Assembly (NCBI RefSeq): GCF_009914755.1
Contig: NC_060925.1
Source of the DNA: the human T2T-CHM13v2.0 reference genome, Homo sapiens
Reading direction: 5' to 3' (one strand)
DNA: 64,000 nt
Positions 46,020 to 59,439 of the stretch are shown piece after piece; the first letter of the stretch is position 1; each line of letters opens with the position of its first letter. The position numbers were made by a program, and so were the translations under genes. The notes beneath the pieces were generated by a model, which saw only the letters and a program-made list of their open reading frames with translations, made no database searches and had not been told where the DNA came from.

Positions 46020-48130
46020 ATGTTCTTATCCTTAAATTGTGTAAAATGTAATGTATACCCTTAAATTATAAAATGTTACCTTTAAATATATAAGAAAGCA
46101 AGCAAGAATGAAAATAAATGTCATCTTCAACGTAAGAAGTTAGAAAAAGAACAAACAAATACCCTGAAGGGAAACAGAAGGGAGGAATTAATAAAGATAA
46201 AAGCAGAAATTAATGAGATAGCAGAACCAAGAAATAAATCCAAAAGCTGGATCTTAGAAAAAAATAAACATACCAAAAAAAGCAAAAATCAAAAACTAGT
46301 TATCAATAGATTGCTTAATCAAGAAAAAAATTAGCTCATAAAAACAGAATACAAAATTAGTATGTGGGAAATAATTGCAGAAACTGATGAAAATGAAGGA
46401 ATCACAAAAGAGTTACCTGTTCAATTCTATGTAAATAAATTTGACATAAATTTTAAACTTTCCAAATTCGTTAAAAGAATTGAGCATAACATTGACAACA
46501 AAAACCAACAGTACACAAAAAGTGATAACTATTAATTTGATACAAAAATCATCAATATTAACAATACCACCAACTGAAATAAGTACCACATTAAAGGATC
46601 ATATACTATGACCAAGTGGAATTTGTTCCAGGATAGTTTAAAATTAGGAAATATTTTAATAAAAGTTACCATAAGCATAGATTTAAAGAGAACAGCCAAA
46701 TGATCATCTCAGATGCAGAAAAGATATTCAACACTACACAAAAAATTGAATTGGTAAAAGTCATCAAGATAGGAACAGAAAAAGACATATACATATACAC
46801 GTGTGTCAGAAAAATGTGTGTGTGTATACATGTATGTACATGAGTGTGTGTGTGTGTGTGTGTGTGTATTTATATAGAGCAGGAGGCAGAGCGGGAGCCC
46901 AATGGCCAGCATCATGCTTAATGGAAAATACTAGAATATTTCCTTTAATGCAGGAATAAAAACAAATTACTAGTCAATGAAAGTACACAAGACAAGGGTA
47001 AAACATAGAAAGATGAAAGTAAAATTATCACTATTTTCAGGCGTAACTCTATATCTAAAAATTCTAAGAGATTCAACTGAAAAAGCATTATACACATGAG
47101 AGAAGTCAGTGAGGTTACAGAGGACAAAATTAATATGTAGAAATCAATGGCTTTCGTATATGCAAACACCAACAAATTAGAGAAAATAGTGGAAGATTCC
47201 ATTTACATTAGCAACAAAAAGTCGTAAAGTTTCTAGGAATAAATATAAGGAACATGTAAGCACTTTGTATATGTAAAGCATACGTAAAGTATATGTAAGG
47301 CATTTAAAACATTCCCTAGTGACAGAAAAACAGATGACAATGAGTATTCAACCTTGTTTTTAAGAAAACTCACCATTCAAGATACGTTTTCCTAATTTAA
47401 TTTAAAATTCTAATATACGTAATTGTCCCTGCGTTGATGAAGCTGTGGGGAACAGCCACTCTTGTACTTCTATTCATTGTGGGCAGGAGTATAAATTAAT
47501 ATAATCTTATAGAAGGCAATTTGGTTAATGGTTTCTAACAAAATTAGAAGTAAACACAGCCATTGAATAAAATGACACTTAATTTGTCTTACAGATACAC
47601 TCATGCAACATGACACATGCAAATTCATTAATTACATCACAGTATGTTATAGTAAAAGATTTGGCATAGCGTAACTGTCCATCAGGAAGGCACTGGTTAA
47701 ATTATACTCCATTCATACAATGGAACACAATGTAGTTGTAAAATTAAACTTAAAAGAATGAGAAAGTTCTACATATATGGCTATGTAAACAACTTCAAGA
47801 TTAGTATTAAGAAAGAAAATAAAGACAAAAAACCACATGTAGAGTATGCTACGGTTCATGTAAAAGTCTGTGGGTCCGGAGAATAAGAATTCATATTTCC
47901 CTGCGTATATACAAAGAAAATCCCTGGGTGGACACACAAAAAGAAATTAGTAACAGTCGCTGCTGCTTTGAGGCTAGGAGGATAGAAAACAGGAGTAAAA
48001 GAGGAAATTTGCAGAGTATACATTTTGGTAATTTGGATTTTCATTCCATATGAATCCATTACAATTTAGAAAATCAAAATCAAAACTTTAATAGATATAA
48101 ATGAAATAAAATAAAAAATTTAATTTAAAA
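46020..48130 (+). mobile_element. Ancient L1ME fragments with internal (TG)n
   Basis: A-rich L1 ORF2 motifs (atgaccaagtggaatttgttccagga, gatgcagaaaagatattca) and L1ME-type 3' end. Confidence 0.7.
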
Positions 48131-48174
48131 GTAAAGACATTTAAATGGGAGAAAAGATTGAGAAAACATTGAAA

Positions 48175-48575
48175 TACTAATAATTGCTACATGCTTTAAA
48201 TGTGTTCTATCCTGTTTTAGGCATTTTACATGTTGTGTCCTGTTTTAGACTATTATTATCCTCACATACAGGTGAGGAAACTGAGGCAGAGAGATTGATT
48301 ACATGCCCTAAGTCACAACTAGGCCATCTCCAGATTCCTGCAGTTGTAACTTCTTAGCTATGCCACCTCCTGATATCATGTGGTGCAGTCAAAATACACA
48401 CTGCAAAGGCCACAATGACCACCACCAAACCGTAACACCTGAAGTTCAATCCCCCACTTTGCTTACTAGCTGTGTAACTTGGAAAAGTTCATTCGACACT
48501 TAGAGACTCAGTTCCCTCATGTGTCCAGTGGTTATGACTATACCTGTCCTGTCTCTAAAACTTGCCATGAGATCA
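48175..48575. mobile_element. Oppositely oriented MIR pair (- then +)
   Basis: acaggtgaggaaactgaggc antisense; cttactagctgtgtaacttgg sense. Confidence 0.7.
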
Positions 48576-49287
48576 TACATGTTTGTGTGTGACAGGAAAG
48601 CAGAGGGAGAGATTTAGGTTTTAAATATGTGCCACAGGACAGAGATTAGAAAAGACGCAAGAATCCATCTTCGGGGCATTTGGACGGTACAGAAACAAAT
48701 CTTGTTTATCCACTGATTTCCTTTGTGACTCTCAGGGAGAGGTTACCCTGGGGAAAGTTCTGGACCCTGACTGTAATTAAATGGCACTTATTTAAGGAAA
48801 GAAATTATGCCACCAAACTCTTTCACCTGAAACATTCAGATAATTGCATTATTAGCATTATTACTTGATAGTGGAGGAAAGGGGAGGTGGTTTTGTGGAC
48901 AGTATGTACCCCTACTGTGAGTACTGTATTTCCTTATTTAAGGAAAGAAAAAAAAAATGGTAACTTTTCTAAGAAAATATCAACAGTCTTATCCAAAATA
49001 GCAACAACTTTAAAAATAGTGTGACACAGGAGGAGTGGGGAACTCCAGCTCATAGCCACAGCAGAACAGCTGGGAGCAGAGACATGCCCAACCTCTTGTG
49101 TGAGGAGGGTGAGTTGGTGATCATTCATAAATTGATCACTGTGGGCCTCTATTAAGTGGATTTCTATTAAGCGGGAGCTCCATGGTCGCTTGGGAGTCTC
49201 GCTGCACAGTAAGGAGAAAAGCTCTCTCTGGGGAATCTACCAGAGTAACTTCAGGGTGTAAGTTTTGCTTTAAAAAATAAAGTGTTG

Positions 49288-49586
49288 GGCCGGGCACGGT
49301 GGTTCACACCTGTAATCCCAGCACTTTGGGAGGCCGAGGCAGGTGGATCACTTGAGGTCAGGAGTTTGAGACCAGCCTGACCAACAGGGAGAAACCCCGT
49401 CTCTACTAAAAATACAAAATTAGGGTGTGGTGGTGTACGCCTGTAATCCCAGCTACTCGGGAGGCTGAGGCAGGAGAATCACTTGAACCGAGGAGGTGGA
49501 GGTTGTGGTGAGCCTAGATCAAGCCATTGCACTCCAGCCTGGGCAACAAGAGTGAAACTCCATCTCAAATAAATAAATAAATAAAT
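49288..49586 (+). mobile_element. AluSp/Sq-like
   Basis: cctgaccaacagggagaaacccc and ggcaacaagagtg; (TAAA)n tail. Confidence 0.93.
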
Positions 49587-49598
49587 AATAAAGTGCTG

Positions 49599-49892
49599 GG
49601 CCAAGCACAGTGGCTCATACCCAATCCCAGCACTTTGGGAGGCTGAGGCAGGAAGATGAGTTGAGACCAGAAGTTTGAGACCCACCTGGGCAACACAGTG
49701 AGACCTCATCGCTACAAAAAAGTTAAAAACTAGCCAGGTGTGGTGGCACTCATTGGTAGGTCAAGGCAGGCCAGGAGGCCAAGAGAGGAGGATGGCTTGA
49801 GCCTGGGAGGCTGAGGCTGCAGTGAGCCATGATTGTACCACGGTACTCCAGCCTGGCTGACACAGCAAGACCCTGTCTCAAAACTAAAAATA
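49599..49892 (+). mobile_element. AluJ-like, directly in tandem with the previous Alu
   Basis: J-type gaggatggcttgagcc and gaggctgcagtgagccatgatt. Confidence 0.9.
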
Positions 49893-50259
49893 AAGTCATA
49901 AAGTGCCTTTAATAGTAAATAGAAATAACAATTACTGATATTGTGAAGGTGACAGTCACTGTTATTCTAACTTTAAGAGATGGCCAGGAACAATTCCCCG
50001 ACCTCCCTCAGGAATCCATGACACTGCCTCAGAATACAGTACTCACACTGGGGCTACATACAGTCCATGAAACCGCCTCCCCCTTCCTCACCCCACTACC
50101 AAGTAATAATGCTAATAATGCAATTATCTGAATGTTTCAGGTGAAAGAGTTTGGGGGTTTACTTCATCTACATCACATGCATACATAGTCCCAATACTAA
50201 AGCCAGAAAAATATTGATTTAAATACATTTGCTGCTGATTAATTCAACTTGGGATGTAT

Positions 50260-50450
50260 AAGTATTGATAATCCTTCACAATCCCATAAGAATTCCACAG
50301 GAGTTGTCCCCTCTGATCCTCACAACAAACTGTAAGAGAAACTAGTTATCCCCACTCTAAAGACAACAAAATGGAGGACTGGCAAGTTTAGCTGATCTCT
50401 CCCAGGGTAGATTAGGAATAAGAGTCAGGACAGGGTCTAGGTCCAGGGTT
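50260..50450 (-). mobile_element. MIR
   Basis: tgatcctcacaacaaactgtaag...tatccccactct. Confidence 0.6.
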
Positions 50451-51128
50451 CCTGCAACCACCCTCCTCTTAAGTGTCTGCTAAGGTCTTTTTGAGTCTTA
50501 AGATTTTGGAACCTAGAAAATTAATTAGCTTAGCCCCAAAGCTGTCCTTATGAGTACCCTTCGCCCACTCTTAAAGAGGAGACAGACAAAATGGAACTGG
50601 GTACGTCACATTCATCTCCTGGTCTATTTAAGAAGCAGATTATCCAGAGTGGGAATCCACCAGGCTGTAGTTACATCTCTCCCTTCTCCCTCCTGGTTAT
50701 TGACGTTAAGCTACCATGTTACTCACTGATAGAAAACTGGAAGCAAACTAAAATGAAAACTTTTTGGCCCTAAATTACTCCTTTGACCTCTAACCTGAAT
50801 TTTGGCTGCTTTTGCTTAGCAGTTACTGATTCAAAGGCCTGTCTGTAAGCCACAGTGACCATGCATCAACCCTCCGTCTGGCCAATGATACTGATTTAAT
50901 GAAGGGTAACGCCATGGCTGAAAATGTTGTGTGAATGACCCCAACATGGCGTGCCAGCCACTGAGGGACCCCACACCACAGAGGCCCATGGTTCTTCATG
51001 AAAACACTCAGACACCCCCCTGCCACATACCACACACCCATGCCCATCTCCCAGGACAATCTGGATTCAGTTATTCAACAAATATTTATAGAGGACCTCC
51101 TAGGTGCCAGGCACATTCCATGTATTGG

Positions 51129-52774
51129 TATTATGGGATCTTTGGGGTGCTGCTTTTCTGGCCGGAAACCTGTGGTCAATGGTACCTTTGCCCACGTTTT
51201 GCTCGGGCCCACTGGGCTCATTCCACCTACTTGGCCTGGCAGGCTGTGCTTAGCTCATGCTACCAGCCTGGATCCCATGCCTCCAAGGGAGACTGCAAGT
51301 CAGGCATGGAGCAGCGAGGGGTGCATGAGCAACTGTGGGGTCTGGCCACTGCACAGTCAGACATACTGGCTGCTGCTGGGGGCAGGCAGCTCCAGGTGCC
51401 GGCATGAGCACCGGCTCTCTGTGAGGCTGTGGCTAGACCAGGTGCACTGCAAGCAGCTTCCTTGGCTGACTCTGGGGAATGCAGTGACACCTGGAAGCTT
51501 GGAGATGCCAGGAACCACAGGGCCCCAATGAGGGAGTCACAGCCCTGGCTCAGGGAGCTCCCAGGTCTGGGCTTCCTGAAGGGCCACAGCTCATCTCTCC
51601 TTCTCCTCACCTTCAATGTGGTGAGCAAGGAGCATGTTTCAGCCCTGTTTGGGTTACAGCTCTTTTAGCCTCACCATTCTGCAGGTCCCAAATTCTTGTC
51701 TTATGACCAGGAAGAATGAGGTACGCAGACAGAGGAGGGTGAGCACGATGAAAAGGAGCTTTATTGAGTGATAGAACAGCTCAGAGAAGACCCACATGGA
51801 GCAGCTCCTTTCTGCAGCCAGGATGTCCCATCAGGTGTTCAGCTCCTAGCAGAGAAGGTGGCTCCTCTCTGCAGCTGGTCTTCCTGTCCTCTGTCGAGTT
51901 CTGGCTCAACCTGGGGCTTTTATGGGCCTCAGTGCGGAGGAAGTGAGTGCCGATTGGTCAATAGGCAGCCATGGGTGGGCCCAGAAAAGGCACCACAAGT
52001 TCCCACTCTGGTCCGTGGGACTGGCAGCCCAGCCCCCAACCTTCAGGCCCTCCGTGGCCTGAAGGTGGGGACTCACTGAGGACCCTCCCCCTTCTGCCCA
52101 GGAGCCTCTCTGCCTCCTGCCACCACCCATGGTGCCCAGGCTGTTTGTACCAAGGGGCACCTGCAGCCCAGTGATGAGCTGCCGTCAGCACCCCCTCAGC
52201 TTCCCCACTGAGCTTGTTAGCACCCAAAGTCTGGAGGGGACCAAGACGACTGGGGGCTGGTGTGTCAGTGCTGCCCCACGTGTGTGCATATCTGGCCAGG
52301 CTGTGACAGCACCCAGGCTCAACTCCAACCCTGCTCCAAGATCAGAGCAGGTGCTGGGAGCTGGGAGAGGCCAAGAAGTGGAAGCAGACACCCCTGAGTC
52401 TGTTGGGCAAGTGAGGGGGCCTTCCTCAGTCCCTGAGGGTGCAGAGTGCAGTGAACGCCTGGGTCCTGCACCTGAGAGGGCAGGGGTCCCACCTTCTCTG
52501 TGGAGTGTGCACTCTGGCCACACTTCCTCATAGCCTAGCCTGGAGGGGGGCTCTAGGTCCTTGCTGGGCCCTTTTCTGCCCACCCCTTCATGCCCAATCA
52601 CACTGCTCCCCTGCTAGCAGGTGGCACAGTTGGCTGCCTCAGGGATGCAGGGCACAGTGGACCTACTGCTGTCATTTCTGCCCCTGCAGTCACTCCTGCC
52701 ACCACCACCCACACCTCCCTGCTGCAGCTGGTGCAATGGCAGTGGCCACTCCAAACGGCCCACCACCACCGTCA
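51129..52774 (-). mobile_element. MER52A-like ERV1 solo LTR (~1.65 kb) inserted in an L2 end
   Basis: ttatgggatctttggggtg...ggaaacc start; antisense polyA region (tttattgag); GC-rich; 4-bp flanks ttgg/ctgg; L2(-) on both sides (51065-51128, 52775-52860). Confidence 0.85.
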
Positions 52775-53879
52775 CTGGGAATATAGCAATTAACAACACA
52801 CAAAAAAACCCTGCCTTTGTGGCACTTATATTCTAGTGGGGAGATTTAGATGATAAACACAATAATAATAATACTAAAATATTTAAATAAACTCACTTAC
52901 TATATTTCTTCAAATCACACCTTCAAGCCTCTCTGGGGCTCTAGTTTCTAGACTATATTTCTGCCTGGGTCTTGATTTCTAATATTCACCACTCACCTCC
53001 AAACACTGAGCCTGCCTTGGTGTTTTGGCCACCATCACCCTCAGCCACTTCTGACAGCTGGAGCCCTACCCTGAATCTCGTTACGTGAAATCCCTCACTC
53101 ATGCACTCAATGAGACATGTTGGGAATTGTGCTGGGATGTCCATCATCCTCTCCCATTAGCTGTTCCCTGCACTGTGAGTAGAGACAGCTACTATCAAGT
53201 CCAGGGGGCCTGACTAGCTCTAATCACAGCTCCCTGCTCCACTCCCTCTTTGGTCTGGTTCTAGATCCTATCAGGCTTTAGGGATCTGAGACGGGAGCAT
53301 CTCCAATACAATAGTCATTCAGAAGGAGATTCATAACCCAAGGGAAGGATGTACAATTCCATGGTAGGACCAACAATTCCATTTTGAAATCTACTACACA
53401 TATTGGGCAGTGTTCTTTCATCACTCAGCATTGCTTGGCTTCAGTTTCCACCCTCGCCAGAGTCCACCCTCATTCTTCTTGTCTCCTGTGTCTCCCCTAG
53501 CCCCACTCTCTGTGCTTGCCGATGTGCTCCCTCTCACCTCCCAAGCTTCCACTTCCCTGCTTAGCACACTCTGAAGGTATTCTTTCTCCCTAAACCAGCT
53601 TTTCCCTGTTACTACCCAGCACATCCATATATAACAACAACAAAAATCCTCTCTTTATTCCCATGGACAGGTAAAAAAGAGGTAAAGGAAAATCCTGACA
53701 GTTAAATGCATTGAAAACAGAAAAGGACTAAAATTCAAATCTCCAGGCTCTGAGCTCTTTCTAGTAGTCTACATGGCTTATGGCTTGTAAGAATTTACCA
53801 GTGACCTAACCTCCTTGTTTTGGAGCTCTCAAGCAAAAACGTCATTCACTCTCTTTGTCTTTACGATCTCTCTCTCAAT

Positions 53880-53941
53880 ACACACCCACACAGAGTGAGA
53901 GAGTGAGAGAGAGAGAGACAGAGAGAGAGAGATACACAGAG
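53880..53941. repeat. (CA)n/(GA)n microsatellite
   Basis: Directly visible. Confidence 0.85.
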
Positions 53942-54425
53942 TTTCTTGACTTGGTTTAGGATGGGGAGGGCTGGGCGTATGGAAGTTGATGCATCAAAGG
54001 CCTCCATAACTTGGTGAGGCTGCTGGAGGGAGGAGCAAGTGCACTTTCACTTAACAGAAAGATATTTGGCTTTTTTGCCCCTCTCCAATATCTAGGTGAG
54101 CATCAATCTACGTAACATCTATAAAGACTGCTGAGCTATTCAAAGACCAGCATTACACTGCACAGTGTTACTTAACAAGGAGACTAGCAACAGCTTACAC
54201 CCTTACAGCCAAGGAATTTCTAGTCTTGGCCTTTAGTCAGGAAAGGAAGAGAGTGGAAATTGAAAATCATTCTGATATCTGCCTCACTGTAAGGATCCAT
54301 ATTAATGTCAAATGAATAAGATTGGTTTCAATAGCAGTGTATGTGAGTTAAATTTGTGAAAACTGCATCCATGGAGATTTGCAAGCATCAAAGAGCAGGC
54401 TGCGGGGAACTACCCTGAATCCAGC

Positions 54426-55180
54426 TGTCTTAGTCCATTTATGTTACTATAAGAGATTACTTGAGGATGGGTAATTTATCAAAAAAAGAGGTTTAGCTGG
54501 GCGTGGTCGCTTGCACCTGTAATCCCAGTGCTTTTAGGGACCAAGGTGGGAGGGTTGCTTGAGCCCAGGAGCTCAAGACCATCCTGGGCAACATAGTGAG
54601 ACCCTGTCTCCACAAAAATTTTTTTTTTTAATTAGCCAGGTGTGATGGCACAAACCTGTGGTCCCACCTACTCAGTTGGCTGGGGTGGGAGGATAACTTG
54701 AGGCTGGAAGGTTGAGGCTGCAGTGAGCCATGATCACACCACTACACTCCAACCTGGGTTACCGGGCAAGACATTGTCTCAAAAAAAAAAAAGAAAAAAG
54801 AAAAGAAAAGAGATTTGTTTTGCAGGCTTGCAGGCTGTACAAGAACCATGGTGCTAGCATCTGCTTCTGGTAAGGGCCTCAGGCTGCTTCCATTCATGGC
54901 AGAAGGCAAAGAGAAGCTGGTGTGTATAGATCACATGACAAGAGAGGAAGCAAGAGAGAGGAAAGGAGCCAGGCTCATTTTAACAGCCAGCAACTGAGGG
55001 AACACTCTCATGGGAATAGACTGAGAACTCACTCACTACCTTGAGGATAGCACCAAGCCCGTCATGAGGGATCTACCCCCATGATCCAAACACCTCCCAC
55101 CAGGCCCCATCGCCAACACTGGGGATAAATTTCAACATGAGGCTTGGTGGGACCATACAAACTCTATCCAAACCATAGCA
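54426..55180 (-). mobile_element. MSTB-like MaLR solo LTR split by AluJ
   Basis: tgtcttagtcc...tatccaaaccatagca; 5-bp TSD ccagc/ccaac. Confidence 0.88.
54495..54810 (+). mobile_element. AluJ nested in MSTB
   Basis: J-type dimer; TSD aaaagag(g/a)ttt. Confidence 0.92.
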
Positions 55181-56224
55181 CCAACTAAATTATTGATGCT
55201 AAGTTTTCAAGAACAATTCACCTTGGGGGCACAAGGTAATTACACAAAGCTCCGATGCAACAGCTGGAGAAAATAACCTAAACAAATAAACAGGGCCCAT
55301 CTAGGGGAAAAAACGTCCTCCAAAAGGGCAGCTTAATAAAGTACATGTGTTCAGTTGATTGTGGGGAGAAATTATATTATTTTGCTCTGGCATATTATAT
55401 TTGTATGTAAACATCATATTTTCAAATAGGATTGTGTTCTCAGCCCAGCATCACCGGGAAAGGCAGAAGTGTCCTGAATGTTCAACAATATACCATACAG
55501 CTTCTTTTTATTAAAATCTCATTTCACTGGGATAGCTCCTTTGAGAGAGATGTGCAGAATAATGCTAGGAAATCAGTGAACCAACACCACTTAATTATAT
55601 CACGCATATTAAAAATTCCTGCTTATGCATTCGCTATGCACTTTGCTGCACTTAGTGCACAGGGAGAGCAAGGACGTCATTGGCTCGGGAGCTTGGGATA
55701 ATTATTTTTTTTCCTTTTTTCCTGTTCCCTCCTTTCCAGCTTTTTTAATCAAATAAGAGACGGGGCAAATCAAAGTTATTCAGTCTTCACCCCCTCTTTG
55801 CAATGCTACCACTTCAAAAGTGTTTTATTTGGCTCCTTTCATCAACAGAGCTCTGAATGATCAATGGGAAATAACTGCTAAGTCACCCAGCACAGATTTT
55901 CGTCATGACCTGTTCCTGCTCTGGACTCAGCCCCAGCCCTGGGGAGCTTCTAAACCATGTGTTCAGCTCCTTCGGGACCCACTTGATTACCCTGGAAACA
56001 GCAAGACAGCTCCAGCTCAAAAATCAGATGATGCTAGGATTTTTTCATTTTTTATTATAAGATTAAAGGGAAAATGGTTACCCCTATGGCTTGACAAACA
56101 CATATAGTTTATTTCAAAGATGGGTAGCTGTGGGAAAGAAAGGAATATCTGAGCACATGATTTTATCCAATTATGGCAAGATTTAGTATAAATCAAAAAC
56201 ACCAATCCTGAATTCTTGTAGCTG

Positions 56225-56860
56225 ATTAGATCTTCATTCTTTCATTCATTGTAATAGAAATAGTGGCAGGAGCCCATAGTGCCAGCTACCTTGGAGGCTG
56301 AGGCCGGAGGGTCCCCAGAGCCCCGGAGTTTGAGTCTAGTGTGGGCAATATAGTGAGACCCTGTCTCCTAAAAAAAATACATAATTTAATGGACAGCTAC
56401 TTTGTGCTGTGTTCTGTGCAAGGCACTAGTATTGGAGAGTCCATTGACAATCAGAAAGAGATCTTGTTCACAGAGGAGAGTAATGAATTAACAGAGGAAA
56501 TGAATGTGTGTGGATTGTTCTAATACCAGATAGAGGGCGGCAGCAATGATGGCAGAGGTTGACCTAGAATGCTATTGTTTCAAGAGAGGGAGAGTTTCCC
56601 TTGGCTTGATGATCCAAGGAAGACTTGTTAAAGAAAATGTTATTTTATCTGGGTCTTGAAGCATTAGCAGAATTGCACACAGGGAACATGCTAAGAGGAA
56701 GAAAAGAAATTTTCAGGCAGAAGGAATAGCAAGCATACACAAAGGCCAAGTTAGAGAACGTGGGGACTGTGTTAGGAACCCAGTGAATAGTTTCAGGGAA
56801 GGAAAGGAGCCTGAAATAAAGTAGCAGATGAAGTGGATGTCAGGGAGTTCCCAAGTGCCT
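56225..56860 (-). mobile_element. L2 3' segment containing a FLAM/FAM-like Alu monomer (56260-56378, +)
   Basis: ttcattcattcatt, aggcactag, tcaggcagaaggaatagcaagc; monomer ends gaccctgtctcctaaaaaaa. Confidence 0.7.
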
Positions 56861-59439
56861 GACAATTTCATCAATTCTCTTTGATGGTAAACAAAACAAG
56901 ACAAAACCCTAGAGGCAGTTCTTTGTACGGAAGTCCTTCAGTTTTGGGTCACGTGGCCCTGTTACCCTGCCTGAAGGCGGCCTCTTTGTTTGTGCACCAT
57001 CTCTTGTCTACATAATCTGCTCTTCTGCTTACCCGTGCTTTCTGTTCAGCTTGCATATGGCATTGTCTGGCCCTGGTGTGACTGCAGCCTTGAAAGACTT
57101 AACACAGTTTTCACCTTGCATCTCCTTACCTAAGTGTCTTTGTACCTCAAATCTGAATTCTCAAAAAAAAAAAAAAAATTTGTCGGATTGGACTGATTCA
57201 GGTACACATTTCTAGTTCCACCAGTTGTGACTGGAGAGAATGGCACCCCAGGGCAAATACGGCAGCCCATGTCCACCCCTGAAGCAGCTGCTATACGTAA
57301 AAGTGATATCAGTAGGCATTTACCCCAAACAATAATCATAAGTTTCTAAAATGTCACAAATGTCTGCAAACACTTAAGAAGATAAGGAGGTCTGCAATGC
57401 ATACCTTTAGAAATTATTTCAGAAAGGTAAGAAATTTGAAAGTTTTGGCATTCACAGAAACGACCTTCAGTTACGTGAACAATCGCGATATCGAGATGTT
57501 TGTAACTCCGCACTGCTGAATAAATGAGATGATTCACTCCCTTGAGTCCCCATGACCTCTCTGAGATTCATGGATGTAATAATTTGCTTCATTGCTCTCC
57601 ACTCCAAGATTCCCAATAGTATGTTAAGTAGGAAAACAAAGCCTTTCTTTACCTCATCCCGTATGCATTCAAATCACTTGTAGTGTGCAGAACATAGTTT
57701 ATGCATCCACTTATGTAAACTTACCAGGATTATGAACAGAATATATTCTCACCAGGCAAGGGCAGTGTTTTACTTTTATAGGATACATAATCTGATAAAC
57801 AGTGTCGGCAGAAAAAGGGATTTTACCAGGTAATGGTTAAGAAAGTGGAGGGGGACTGCAAATAGATACTTTAAAAACCTTTTTAGCGCTGGTTGCCTTT
57901 CCTTTATAAGGTTACCACAAAGCCAACTAATGTTACAGTGTCTGATGATTTTAATGCACCAATATTGGCTGTAAATTCCTTTCCTTGGGCGAGGATGCAC
58001 AGATCAAAATGCAGCTGCCACTACTGCTGCTTCCAGCATACCACTAAATTTGACTAGCTTGCCCCAATAGTTAATTGATTAAGTGATAACTGATTATGTG
58101 GGTGTGAGCATGTTGTGCACCTATAACACACACACACACTACCAACAGCAGAAAATTAAGCTCATCATTCCTATGAACATATATGACTGTTAAACCCATA
58201 GATCTACCACTATAGTTGACTCCTCTGACAGCCCCAAACTTAAATATGATCCGTGTTTTCCCATCAATAAGGTGGTGTACTATTAACTTGGTTTTTGTGA
58301 TTCTTGAGGTAATCTAGAAATGTTCTCTATGTTTATAATCTTAGCATACCAATTTTACTAAAAATGTCCTACTTACATCCTGCAGGCATCCAGGGCTCAG
58401 CTAAGATTTTCTGCTTCCAATTAAAGAGAAGAATTGAAACATTTAGGGAAAATATTAGGCTATCCAATGAGTGTCAGTAGCTGAAATTTTCTACTAGTAC
58501 AGATAATAAGAATTATTTTGCTATGTGAGCCTGATCTGTTTCCACAGTACTTGAAACGTCACAATGTATGTAAATCCGAGGAGTTAGTTGTAAGTTAGAG
58601 CTGAAACCGAAAGGAAACAGAAGCAAAGAAAGCCCCTGTAACTGAGAGGGGCTGATTTCCGCCAATGGTCACTGAATTTGATTCTGAGTTTCTCAGTGGC
58701 CAAAGCCAAAGGGGCTCATGCTTTGTTACTGAGGCAGTGTTTTAAGGCTGCAAACCAATGATTTTTAAAACATATTGGTCCAAAAGTCAATTGCTTGGGG
58801 CTAAGAACCAAGAGAATATGTCCACTATTTAGAATATATGGACTGATAGCCTTGAAATTTGTAATAAGAGAAGCAAACTGTTACATATGTTTTCCTTTGG
58901 TATTAAGTGCTATAGATTATGGAATGTGAGCAATTCCACCTTCTGTTGGCCACAAAAGCATGTACCTCACCCTATAATAAATGAATAAACCTGGAAAGGG
59001 ATGCAATGTGCATCTGTACCAACTTGCCAAGTGTTATCAACCCATGACGGAAAATGAGGGCGCTTTTCCAGGGCTACTCAAGTTATTCTCAGAGGCCCCC
59101 AGGGGCCTCAGGATTCTTCTGCAGTGGCCCCTTCATCAAGGTCAAGCACCACATTACCCCTCCATCACCAAGGTCCCTGTGGGACTGCCACTGGTCTGGT
59201 CTCCATCTCTGCTCATTTGGAGGCTCTTGTCTCCCTGCAAGTGCTTTCCTTAATGCTCTCCACAGCAAACCTGGGACAAGGTCCACTTTTTAAAAAAGAT
59301 TTTGTTTTGAATGTCAAAGATAAAGAAATGAAAATAGACTGGCAAATTGAGACTTACAAATATTCGCACTCTTTACTTTTCCTAAAGCCCACAGACACGG
59401 GTCCTAAGGAGTCTTAACCTTCCTCCTGATCCATCCACA

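Noticed and set aside
45600-46064. 154-aa ORF between L1 fragments
   Set aside because: Non-ATG start, no recognisable domain, no supporting splice context
50931-52836. Cluster of overlapping 100-177 aa ORFs on both strands
   Set aside because: Explained by low stop-codon frequency in the GC-rich MER52-like LTR
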